Assembly (NCBI GenBank): GCA_029762535.1
Contig: JARVGK010000004.1
Location: 1-64,000, forward strand
DNA from: Thermoplasmatota archaeon
GTDB lineage: Archaea > Thermoplasmatota > Penumbrarchaeia > Penumbrarchaeales > Penumbrarchaeaceae
DNA length: 64,000 nucleotides
Direction: 5' to 3'
A program made the position numbers and the translations under genes. Position 1 is the first letter of the stretch. Every line of letters begins with the position of its first letter. Positions 29,294 to 37,564 of the stretch are shown here, one piece after another. The notes below the pieces were generated by a model. The model worked only from the letters and a program-made list of their open reading frames with translations. It made no database searches and was not told the origin of the DNA.

Positions 29294-30508
29294 TTATTTT
29301 TTCATTATGTCATAGATCAATTTGTTAAAACCGAAAATGACTTTGTATCGAATGTTCGATCCGATCTTATTATCGGATCTTAAATCCTTCCCTTCATCCG
29401 TTAGAATTCTTAGGATCTCTTTAAAACACCTCTTAACAAGGTCTTTCGATCCATCCATACCATATTTGAGATGCATGTGGAATTTTGGAGATACTAGAGT
29501 GCCCATTTCATTGATAAGTCCGGTTGATATCAGATTTGGTGCTATTATCTTCACCGGTAATAAAAATCTATGGGTCCATTGATAATCAGCATCACATTCC
29601 TTTGATAATGATCTGTTGATTTTCAGCTGGAGATACGATCTCTTCTTCTTATCATGTATAAATGGTGGAATGTTGTAAGGCCGGGGTTCGAAACCTTGAA
29701 ACGTGAAGGCATGGAAATCCATGTAGAATATCGGTTTTATCCTTTTACAGTAATTCCATATATGGTGGCTTTCGGGACATTCTTTTTTCGTGTTTCCAAA
29801 GAATTTCCAGTAAAAGTTTATCCCGTTTGTATTCGATCCCTGTGTATTATGAAAATAACCATCCGGATTGACTATCGGGATGAGTGCGATGTTGAAATGA
29901 TCCCGAGATCCGTCCTTTAAATTCATTTCAGATAATACCTCAGCGATGGCTTCCAAGGCAATGAGATCGTTCTCCGGAGGATGGAAACCTGACAGGAATA
30001 GCAGATACGGCGATCCTTTATCTTTTACATACTCAAATACCTTTATTTCCCTCCCTTCAACGGTCTTTCCTATTGAGATCTCATTTGCGCCTCCCTTCAA
30101 AGCCTTTTCCCGAATGGATTCCAATATCTCTTCATGGTCCATGGGTATGTAGTTGCTGATGAATGTCGAACCGGGGGCGATCCTCAATTCGAATCGATAT
30201 TTTCCGGGGAGGAGCATCCTTCCATCGATCTCCTCTTTGATATATTTCTCCTGATCTTCGTTCCTTATCCAGAGCCATCCCAAATCCTGATTCATATCTT
30301 CTTTATCATTACATCCTATGCAGAATTTTACATTAACGGGAACATCACCATCATTTCTGGCCATGAAGTGAAAATGTAGATTGTAATCGTGATCCTCGAT
30401 GTATCCTATTGTTATCGGATCCTTCTTTAATTCTATGAAAGCAACATTTTTTTCGACCCTTCCGGATCCGAGCATGGATCCCTTGAAATCGCCGTCTATG
30501 GTTATCAT
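29294..30508 (-). CDS. M14-family zinc carboxypeptidase/deacylase-like protein
   Basis: IGKTVEGREI, GFHPPE (HxxE), IPIVNPDG, YMDFH; N-terminal IDGDFKGSMLG resembles cytosolic carboxypeptidases. Confidence 0.75.
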   Translation of the reverse strand: MITIDGDFKGSMLGSGRVEKNVAFIELKKDPITIGYIEDHDYNLHFHFMARNDGDVPVNVKFCIGCNDKEDMNQDLGWLWIRNEDQEKYIKEEIDGRMLLPGKYRFELRIAPGSTFISNYIPMDHEEILESIREKALKGGANEISIGKTVEGREIKVFEYVKDKGSPYLLFLSGFHPPENDLIALEAIAEVLSEMNLKDGSRDHFNIALIPIVNPDGYFHNTQGSNTNGINFYWKFFGNTKKECPESHHIWNYCKRIKPIFYMDFHAFTFQGFEPRPYNIPPFIHDKKKRSYLQLKINRSLSKECDADYQWTHRFLLPVKIIAPNLISTGLINEMGTLVSPKFHMHLKYGMDGSKDLVKRCFKEILRILTDEGKDLRSDNKIGSNIRYKVIFGFNKLIYDIMKK

Positions 30509-30513
30509 GGATA

Positions 30514-31794
30514 TCAGATCGCCTTAATATCGATAACTGAGTTCTTCTTTCTGAGTAGAAATACTGTCAAGCCGCTCATTATGACAACTGTTGTCAAACC
30601 CACTATCATCGTGGAGTATGCTATTCCGATAAGCCCGAACCATTGAAGGAACAGATAATTCAACCCGATGTTCACAACCGGGGGTATCCAGTATAGATAC
30701 AGGAGTTTCAGCTCGTTACCTGTCGCCTGGAGCGCATTGTAGAAAGGCAGCTCGAAATATTTGAAGGCGAGGTAGAATATCAGCACGGAGAAAATCGGCG
30801 CGGCTTTAAGATATTCATCGGAGAATATGATGCCTATTATTGGCTCCGATGCCAATGACAGGACTGCCGCTCCCAGGATAACGACCGCGCCCATCAGGGT
30901 CCCCCATTGGAACAACCTCTTGACCTGAATGGTATCCTGGCTCTGGAATGTCTTGATGAACATCGGGAACGTGGCGATGAACAGAAGGTTCCTCAGGATC
31001 ACGCCCGGACCCATTAGATTGACCGCGATGCTGTATATACCCACATCCTCGTAAGGCCTCAAATTGGATATCATGAGTATGTCTATGGATGTCGCCAGAT
31101 GACCAAGGAATAACAGTAAGCTGAAGATTATCACGGGTTTTATCAGGCTCCATCTCGTATCCAGCATCATCCTGAACGTTATTCTTGCGAATCTCCTCGA
31201 TATCCTGATGTTCAAGATCAGGGAAATGGCGAGGGTCAGAATACTTGCTATCAGCAGGATCGTCAGGCCAAGGTTGAAAACCACTACTATTATCGTGAAT
31301 ACCAGGTAGATCAGACGATGGATAACACCTATTAAAGCATGATACTGCATCCTCTCGTGTACCTGATAGATTATCATGTAAAATCCTTCTAATGAACTTA
31401 GAAGGAGAGTTATGGAATAAATTGCGATCAATATCTTGGTGTATGGGTCGTAATTTACGAATAGTAAACCGATCAAAGACAATCCGATCGATATTGATCC
31501 GACCAGTACCCTCAAACCGACGGTGTTCGAGAGTATATCATCGAGCTTCTCCTCGTTCTTGACGCCTTCCCTGATTAGAACCTTGTTGATCTGGGGAAGG
31601 GTAAAGAACAGGAATAATGAGATGTACGATGTGACGGTGGAATAGATACCGTAATCTCGCACCCCGAGATATCGGGTGATCAAAATGAGCCCGATCATGG
31701 CCATTATCTGGGCAATAACATTTCCAACAACAAGATAAGAGAAATTCTTCATGGCCAGCTTGATCCTGCTGCCAAGGGTCATGTCGGCCTTCAT
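30514..31794 (-). CDS. Wzx/MATE-like oligosaccharide flippase
   Basis: TRYLGVRDYGIYS, IDILMI...VGIYSIA, NIGLNYL...FGLIGIAYST; about 12 TM. Confidence 0.9.
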   Translation of the reverse strand: MKADMTLGSRIKLAMKNFSYLVVGNVIAQIMAMIGLILITRYLGVRDYGIYSTVTSYISLFLFFTLPQINKVLIREGVKNEEKLDDILSNTVGLRVLVGSISIGLSLIGLLFVNYDPYTKILIAIYSITLLLSSLEGFYMIIYQVHERMQYHALIGVIHRLIYLVFTIIVVVFNLGLTILLIASILTLAISLILNIRISRRFARITFRMMLDTRWSLIKPVIIFSLLLFLGHLATSIDILMISNLRPYEDVGIYSIAVNLMGPGVILRNLLFIATFPMFIKTFQSQDTIQVKRLFQWGTLMGAVVILGAAVLSLASEPIIGIIFSDEYLKAAPIFSVLIFYLAFKYFELPFYNALQATGNELKLLYLYWIPPVVNIGLNYLFLQWFGLIGIAYSTMIVGLTTVVIMSGLTVFLLRKKNSVIDIKAI

Positions 31795-31847
31795 CGGATC
31801 AACTCAATGATAAAAGGAACGGATAATTTCTCATGATAAGGTCATCA

Positions 31848-32699
31848 TCATTGATCTCTACAGGCTTTGATGAACCTCATCGATCCATTGTATGATAAGA
31901 ATTCAACATGGGAAAAGATGTCGCTTCTCTTGAACAGCCTCCCCACCAAATTCTCCTGACCTTCTCCGAACTCAAAAGCAAGGGATCCCCCTTCCTTCAA
32001 GATAGATGAAGATTCATTGATCAATCTGTTCAAGATATCGATCCCGAATGGGCCTCCGTCAAGGGCTATGTGCGGTTCATGGTCCTTGATCTGGGGATCC
32101 ATCCTCTCGATGGAGGATCTTGGAATATAAGGCGGATTGCACACTATCATATCAATCTTGGAGGATAGGCCCATTTCCCTTATCGGAGAAAGGAGATCCC
32201 CCTCAATGATATGTACCCTATCATCAAGACCGTATCTTTGCACGTTGAGTTTTGCAACTTCCAGGGCATCGGGGGATATGTCTATAGCATAGACCTCCGC
32301 GTCTGGGTTCTCCAGGGCTATTGAGATCGCGATATTGCCGCAGCCGGTCCCTACATCGACTATGATTGGTCGATAATTTTTTAACGCGATAGAAGCGATA
32401 TGATCCCTGGCCAGATCGACCAGTAAGAATGTTTCCGGTGTGGGGATCAGTGTATGATTATTGACGATGTATCTTCTTCCCATGAACACCGCTTCCCCTA
32501 ATATGTATTCGGGCGGTGTGTTCTCGTATCTCTTCCGTAAGTAATCGTATTCCAGCATGCGGTTGAGCACATCCTCCGGATCCAAATCCGTTATCTTTCC
32601 ATCCAGAAGATGATCGAGCAATCGCATGAACTCGGCGAATTGGTCCTTGCCATCGATCCCGTCCATGTGATCGAATACCTTCTTCCACCCTTCGTTCAA
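31848..32699 (-). CDS. Bacterial-type PrmC/HemK-like N5-glutamine (amide) methyltransferase
   Basis: PEYILG...F.G, LIPTPET, VDVGTGCGNIAI, CNPPYI, EPHIALDGG; N-terminal domain divergent. Confidence 0.8.
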   Translation of the reverse strand: MNEGWKKVFDHMDGIDGKDQFAEFMRLLDHLLDGKITDLDPEDVLNRMLEYDYLRKRYENTPPEYILGEAVFMGRRYIVNNHTLIPTPETFLLVDLARDHIASIALKNYRPIIVDVGTGCGNIAISIALENPDAEVYAIDISPDALEVAKLNVQRYGLDDRVHIIEGDLLSPIREMGLSSKIDMIVCNPPYIPRSSIERMDPQIKDHEPHIALDGGPFGIDILNRLINESSSILKEGGSLAFEFGEGQENLVGRLFKRSDIFSHVEFLSYNGSMRFIKACRDQ

Positions 32700-32704
32700 G
32701 AATA

Positions 32705-33694
32705 TCAGACCTCCCTTGAAGGAGGCAGATCGATGACCCCAAATAGTTCTGGACGCATGTGAAGGTATGATGTACTCCTCTTCTTCTGCTCGATGTCCTT
32801 GTATATCCTGAGGACCTGACCAAGGCTAAGTCCCGTTGTCTTCGAACATTCATCAAGTCCGACATCGTTGTTGTAGCAATAGAGCATGAGGTCCATAGTC
32901 CTCAATGGTATGGAGAAATAGAACTCCTCTTGTGTTTGCTCCATGGGGAAAGTATCGGTCGTTGGGGTCCTTTTTATGATCTCATCCGGTATCTCGTAAT
33001 GCTCCGCCAGCTGATATACCTGGCTTTTGTAAAGATGGGCTATGGGTTTGAGATCGGCGGCACCATCTCCGTTCTTGACGAAGAACCCGAGCTCATACTC
33101 CAGGCGATTGGGTGTTCCCACGACCGCATAGTTCAGCCGATCCGCGTGATGGTATTCCATCATCTTTCTCACGCGCTGCTTGAAATTGGATGCGGCTATA
33201 ACGCCGAGGTAACTGGAAGAGGTCATGCGTTTATTTACAGTACTTCCGTCAGGTAGTTCGACGACGATCTGGGAGATGCTTATCCTATCGGATGAGAGGA
33301 TGTTGGGCAGTATCACCTTGCACTTCCAGCTGTCCTCATATTCGGGTATCACCTCACGAATGGACATCCCCCGTCTGGTGTAGCATCCCGATGCAACAAG
33401 GATGGATGTTATATCCTCAACGATCGTCTCGATCCCGAGATGGTCCGCGATGATTCGGCCCAATCTGTTGGTATCCTCTTTTCCCTCCCTCTCGGGCATA
33501 AGGATGCCGAATACCCGTCCGACCCCAAGGGCCTTTGCGCATATCTCAGCACAGACCGAGCTGTCAAGTCCGCCGGAAAGTCCGATGACCACGCCCTTCT
33601 TCCTCATCCTTGACAGAACAGAATCCGAAATAGCTCTCTCAAGCCTCTCTGCCTCTTTATCGCAGTCCATGAAGAGCGGTTCGTGATCGTTCAT
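32705..33694 (-). CDS. NH3-dependent NAD+ synthetase (NadE)-like protein, paralogue 2
   Basis: GLSGGLDSS PP-loop, NFKQRVRK, GTPNRLE...GFFVKNGDG..D..PIAHLYKSQV. Confidence 0.85.
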   Translation of the reverse strand: MNDHEPLFMDCDKEAERLERAISDSVLSRMRKKGVVIGLSGGLDSSVCAEICAKALGVGRVFGILMPEREGKEDTNRLGRIIADHLGIETIVEDITSILVASGCYTRRGMSIREVIPEYEDSWKCKVILPNILSSDRISISQIVVELPDGSTVNKRMTSSSYLGVIAASNFKQRVRKMMEYHHADRLNYAVVGTPNRLEYELGFFVKNGDGAADLKPIAHLYKSQVYQLAEHYEIPDEIIKRTPTTDTFPMEQTQEEFYFSIPLRTMDLMLYCYNNDVGLDECSKTTGLSLGQVLRIYKDIEQKKRSTSYLHMRPELFGVIDLPPSREV

Positions 33695-33701
33695 GTCCTC
33701 T

Positions 33702-34673
33702 CTAATCTCCTTCGAACATATTAGGAGGGAGCATCCTCAGATGCCGGGATGCTGTATGCTTCCTCTCGAAATCCGTAAAAGCCCTCTTCACCTGCTCCGT
33801 TCCAAGTCCCATTATCGAGGCTGTTCCTCGCTCGTCCATGTCATTCTCCCAGGCATAGAGGAGCATATCGAGCTTCTCGTACGGCATCCTGAAGAAGAAA
33901 GCCTCGTCGGAAACATGGGAGTTGAAAGTGTCCGGGGACGGTGGACGGTCGATAATACCCTGATGAACGCCAAGATGCCGTGACAGGGAATAGACCTGTG
34001 TTTTGTAAAGATGGGCAAGCGGCTCGATATCCACCCCCCCGTCCCCGTATTTGACGAAATAACCCTGTATCATCTCGGTCCTGTTCGTGGTCCCGCACAC
34101 GGCATGGTTCATGGACTCGGCGTGATAGTACAGGTGCATCATCCTCGTCCTCTGCTTGGTATCCGTTGCGGCCAGTATTACTTGGGAGTCTTTCCTTCTG
34201 AGCCTGGTCGAGAATACGATGTCATCCCCTTCCATAATGTCTATGGAAAAGAAGTTGATGGAGTCCTTCTCAAGGATATTCTCGGGCAGGTAAAGCCTGA
34301 TCCTGTGGTTTGATGAGTATGCCGGATATATTTTTCTGATGATCTCATCCCGTTTTTCGTATGTGCCGAACGCCTCAAGAACGCTTGTGATATCCTCGAC
34401 AACATACTCTATCCCAAGGGATTTGGCATGCTCTCTGGCAAGTCTTTCGCTAATGGGATTCGAATCTTTTTCAGGCAGTATAACGCCAAACACATTCTTG
34501 CTACCAAGGGCTTTAACGCACAGGGTAAGGGTCAAAGCGGAATCGATGCCACCGCTAAGTCCTACGATATAGCCCTCCCTCTTGTGTTCGTGTAGGTATT
34601 CCTTGAGGAAATGACAGATGCGATCCGCCTCTTTTTCCGGATCGATATTCATCACCTCTTTGTTTAAAGGCAT
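33702..34673 (-). CDS. NH3-dependent NAD+ synthetase (NadE)-like protein, paralogue 1
   Basis: GLSGGIDSA PP-loop, TKQRTRM, GTTNRTE...GYFVKYGDGGVDIEPLAHLYKTQV. Confidence 0.85.
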   Translation of the reverse strand: MPLNKEVMNIDPEKEADRICHFLKEYLHEHKREGYIVGLSGGIDSALTLTLCVKALGSKNVFGVILPEKDSNPISERLAREHAKSLGIEYVVEDITSVLEAFGTYEKRDEIIRKIYPAYSSNHRIRLYLPENILEKDSINFFSIDIMEGDDIVFSTRLRRKDSQVILAATDTKQRTRMMHLYYHAESMNHAVCGTTNRTEMIQGYFVKYGDGGVDIEPLAHLYKTQVYSLSRHLGVHQGIIDRPPSPDTFNSHVSDEAFFFRMPYEKLDMLLYAWENDMDERGTASIMGLGTEQVKRAFTDFERKHTASRHLRMLPPNMFEGD

Positions 34674-34691
34674 ATGATATCACCTTGAGGA

Positions 34692-34955
34692 TCAAAGCCC
34701 CTTCTTTCTTCGGACGAATTTTTCGATATTGTCGATGGTATCCAGGTTCTCCGGGATTATTTCATCATTTTCTATGACCATTTCGAACTTTTCTTCCAGG
34801 AATTCGATGACCTCGAGTATTCCCGTGGAATCGACGATCCCGGTGTCCATTAAAGATAGGCCGGGATCCAGTTCCTTGAACTTGTCGGAAAGATAGAAAT
34901 TCGATGCAATGAACGTTCTTACTGTCTTGACAATATCATTGGATCCATCTGTCAT
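34692..34955 (-). CDS. Acyl/aminoacyl carrier protein (ACP, DltC-like)
   Basis: 87 aa, acidic; L..TGIVDSTGILEVIEFLEEKF with phosphopantetheine Ser in DS; PENLDTIDNI. Confidence 0.9.
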   Translation of the reverse strand: MTDGSNDIVKTVRTFIASNFYLSDKFKELDPGLSLMDTGIVDSTGILEVIEFLEEKFEMVIENDEIIPENLDTIDNIEKFVRRKKGL

Positions 34956-35040
34956 CTATACCACTCTAGGAACTATCGGAAAAAGGGTTGGGAATATATT
35001 AACTGTTCCTTACCAGTTATGATCTGATATAATCGCTTGG

Positions 35041-35064
35041 CTGTGCCTAGGTTTGGAGGCACAG
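35041..35064. other. 8-bp hairpin (CTGTGCCT-N8-AGGCACAG) between small ORF and ACP
   Basis: Perfect inverted repeat seen directly. Confidence 0.45.
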
Positions 35065-35087
35065 TTGTCCTACCGGCTCATATCTCA

Positions 35088-35258
35088 TCAATACCGGTTT
35101 GGGACGGTCTTGGGGGGATATCTTACGAGGAGGATCTGCCTGAAATCGGTCCTCTCCGTTCGGACCTCGGTGACGCAATCCCTATCCAAGCTGGATATAA
35201 GGCTGTTTTTGTCGGTCTCGAGAAGATATGCGCCCTTCTCCTTGGTCTGTCGGCTCAT
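35088..35258 (-). CDS. Putative 56-aa small protein (below ORF-track cutoff)
   Basis: MSRQTKEKGAYLLETDKNSLISSLDRDCVTEVRTERTDFRQILLVRYPPKTVPNRY; GTGGTG SD-like site, upstream AAAAAGTATAAGTA TATA-like box, downstream hairpin. Confidence 0.4.
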   Translation of the reverse strand: MSRQTKEKGAYLLETDKNSLISSLDRDCVTEVRTERTDFRQILLVRYPPKTVPNRY

Positions 35259-35411
35259 GATGCACCACTATCTCCGTTAGGGGAGGATGGTCTTAAGCCC
35301 TGGAATTACTTATACTTTTTGCCGATTTCGGTTACAGTTTTTTATCTACATGGTTGTTGCTATTTAAATAGGGTTGTCTAATCATGTACAATTTATTACA
35401 ATATTGACATT

Positions 35412-36356
35412 TCATAGTTTATTCTTTTTCTTGTTCGCCATGTCCAGCAGGATCTTGATCACCCTCTCGGAAACCTGGTTCATCCCGAGAAGAATGATCC
35501 CCGAGAACATGAAGAATCCACCCATAATGAGAAGCGATGCGAATATGTAAAGACCGATCAGGGACAGGTTCTCTTCGCCGCCTAAGAAGAGGCGTCCCAA
35601 AAGGACGACCAGCAGCGCCCCTATCGTCGACAGGAAGGAGAGCGCCCCGAAGAACCTCACCGGTTTGTGTATCCTTAGAACCCTCATGGCTCTGGCCAGA
35701 ACGGAAAGTCCATGGTACCACGATGGTTGAGTGCTGGTGTCCAGTTCGCTGTAGGTCGATTTGATCCCGATCTCCTTCCACCGGAACCCGGCCCTGTCAG
35801 CGAGTGCGATCAGTTCCGATTCCACGGAGAAACCGGTCTCCATGGACTCCATCAGGGATGTGACCGTTTTCATACTGTAAGCCCTGTAACCGGACTGTGA
35901 GTCCTTGATGATCTTGTTCAAAGAAAGCGATGTAGCGGTGGAGAGGATCCAGTTGCCGAACACCCTGTGGAAGGGCATCTCCTCCAGGCCCTCGTCGTGA
36001 TGCCATCTGGAACCTATGGTTATATCCACTTCTCCCCGCTCTATCGGCCGGACTAGTTTTGGGATCATGCTGGGGTTATGCTGTCCGTCGCCGTCGATGA
36101 ACACGATGATGTCATATCCACTCCGGTCCGCCCATTTGAACGCAGTGATGATGGCGGCTCCCTTGCCCCTGTTGCAATCATGGGATATGACCTGTGCGCC
36201 GGCCAGTTTTGCCACCAGTGCGGTATTGTCGGTAGATCCATCATCCACGACCAGTACCGAGTCGGCATACTCCTTGCTGAGAAGCACGACGGACGCTATC
36301 GTCCTCTTCTCGTTGAGCGCCGGTATCGCAACTAATACCTTGTTCATCATCATCAC
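35412..36356 (-). CDS. GT2 polyprenol-phosphate glycosyltransferase (DPM1/GtrB-like) with 2 C-terminal TMs
   Basis: IPALNE, VVDDGSTD.T, NRGKGAA, FIDGDGQH (DxD), IGSR, DSQSGYRAY. Confidence 0.9.
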   Translation of the reverse strand: MMMMNKVLVAIPALNEKRTIASVVLLSKEYADSVLVVDDGSTDNTALVAKLAGAQVISHDCNRGKGAAIITAFKWADRSGYDIIVFIDGDGQHNPSMIPKLVRPIERGEVDITIGSRWHHDEGLEEMPFHRVFGNWILSTATSLSLNKIIKDSQSGYRAYSMKTVTSLMESMETGFSVESELIALADRAGFRWKEIGIKSTYSELDTSTQPSWYHGLSVLARAMRVLRIHKPVRFFGALSFLSTIGALLVVLLGRLFLGGEENLSLIGLYIFASLLIMGGFFMFSGIILLGMNQVSERVIKILLDMANKKKNKL

Positions 36357-36368
36357 TTCTATATGACC

Positions 36369-37220
36369 CTAATCATAGAACTTCTTTATCGCCTCGAGAC
36401 GCTCCACCATAACGTTCAATGCGTTAAGTATTATCCCGGCGACAAGCATGAACCCTCCGATCATGAACAGGAACAGCGTTATCAGTGCCGGAAAATATGA
36501 CACTTCTCTGAACTTGAAGAAATGGTTCACTGTATAGAGGCCGCTTACGAAAGCCGTGGTGATCGTGGCCATGCCCAGCATGCTGTAGAATAGAAGAGGA
36601 TGGTATCGGACAAGGGCGGTGATCGTTCCTAGCGGGGATCTCGGGAGGAATTTCAGGAAAGATATGCTCCTCTTCTTCGATCTGGTCTCTATCATCTCCT
36701 TGATCGATAATATCTCAAGGTCCTCTCTAGATGCGATGTCCACAAGTTCGCTCTCGACGTTTGATATGCTTCCTCCGTCCATGATCTCGAGAAGGCCTCG
36801 ATCAATTGCCCAGCATCCGATCGAACTGCCCTCCTTTGGTGGGAAAACATAGGCTGATGCGAACCTGTCGCCTTCGTTTATGCTTCTTGTTATCAGGCTT
36901 ATCGCGTCCTCAGCGTCGTTGCCTCCTGAGAGATCGAGAATGATCAGAGTGTCCTTCTTATCCTTTCTTCCGATCTCAAGGGCTTTTTTTACTACATCCT
37001 TCTTCATCACCTTTCGGTTGAACCTTATGACCCGGATCCCGGATTTGAGGGATAACTGAAGTGTCCTGTCGGAGGAGTTGTTGTCAACAACGGCTATGTC
37101 GAGATCCCTCTTCAGCTTCTTCCTGATATGATGAATGATAAGCAATGCATTCGATGCAACGGTCATCTCATCGTTGTCGGTGAGTATCACCACCTTGAAC
37201 GATTTTTTATTTATCCGCAT
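36369..37220 (-). CDS. Degenerate GT2-like protein with GtrB-like C-terminal TMs (lacks DxD)
   Basis: VVDNNSSDRT retained; LDLSGGN in place of DGDGQH; RYHPLLFY followed by 2 TMs. Confidence 0.65.
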   Translation of the reverse strand: MRINKKSFKVVILTDNDEMTVASNALLIIHHIRKKLKRDLDIAVVDNNSSDRTLQLSLKSGIRVIRFNRKVMKKDVVKKALEIGRKDKKDTLIILDLSGGNDAEDAISLITRSINEGDRFASAYVFPPKEGSSIGCWAIDRGLLEIMDGGSISNVESELVDIASREDLEILSIKEMIETRSKKRSISFLKFLPRSPLGTITALVRYHPLLFYSMLGMATITTAFVSGLYTVNHFFKFREVSYFPALITLFLFMIGGFMLVAGIILNALNVMVERLEAIKKFYD

Positions 37221-37564
37221 ATGATCACTCTGATAGATCGTTAAGGAAAAGGATATCCATTCCTTAATAAATATATCATAAAAAAATCAACAATATAAAA
37301 AAACCCTCATGATCTACAAGTTCACAACATAGTATGAAAATTTTATTCGGGTTTTTTCATAAGTCCCTCGCGACACTTAAAATAGGATCCGGGACTTCGA
37401 AATAGTCGAATAATAACTGATGTTATTTCACCTAACCTGCCAATTACATTGGCATGTTCCGAGCCCAACGGAACGTCAATTTTAAGTCATCGTTGGGCAG
37501 AGGTATGCAAATCGGTATGCCAAACCTTGCTGTGATTTTCATACTAAATGACTAATTGTGGAGT

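Noticed and set aside
24327-34955. Reading the ACP module as fatty-acid or polyketide synthesis
   Set aside because: No ketosynthase, malonyl transferase, reductase or condensation domain in the window
35037-35381. 114-aa plus-strand ORF
   Set aside because: No SD or motifs; opposite to cluster orientation; the minus-strand 56-aa ORF has better signals
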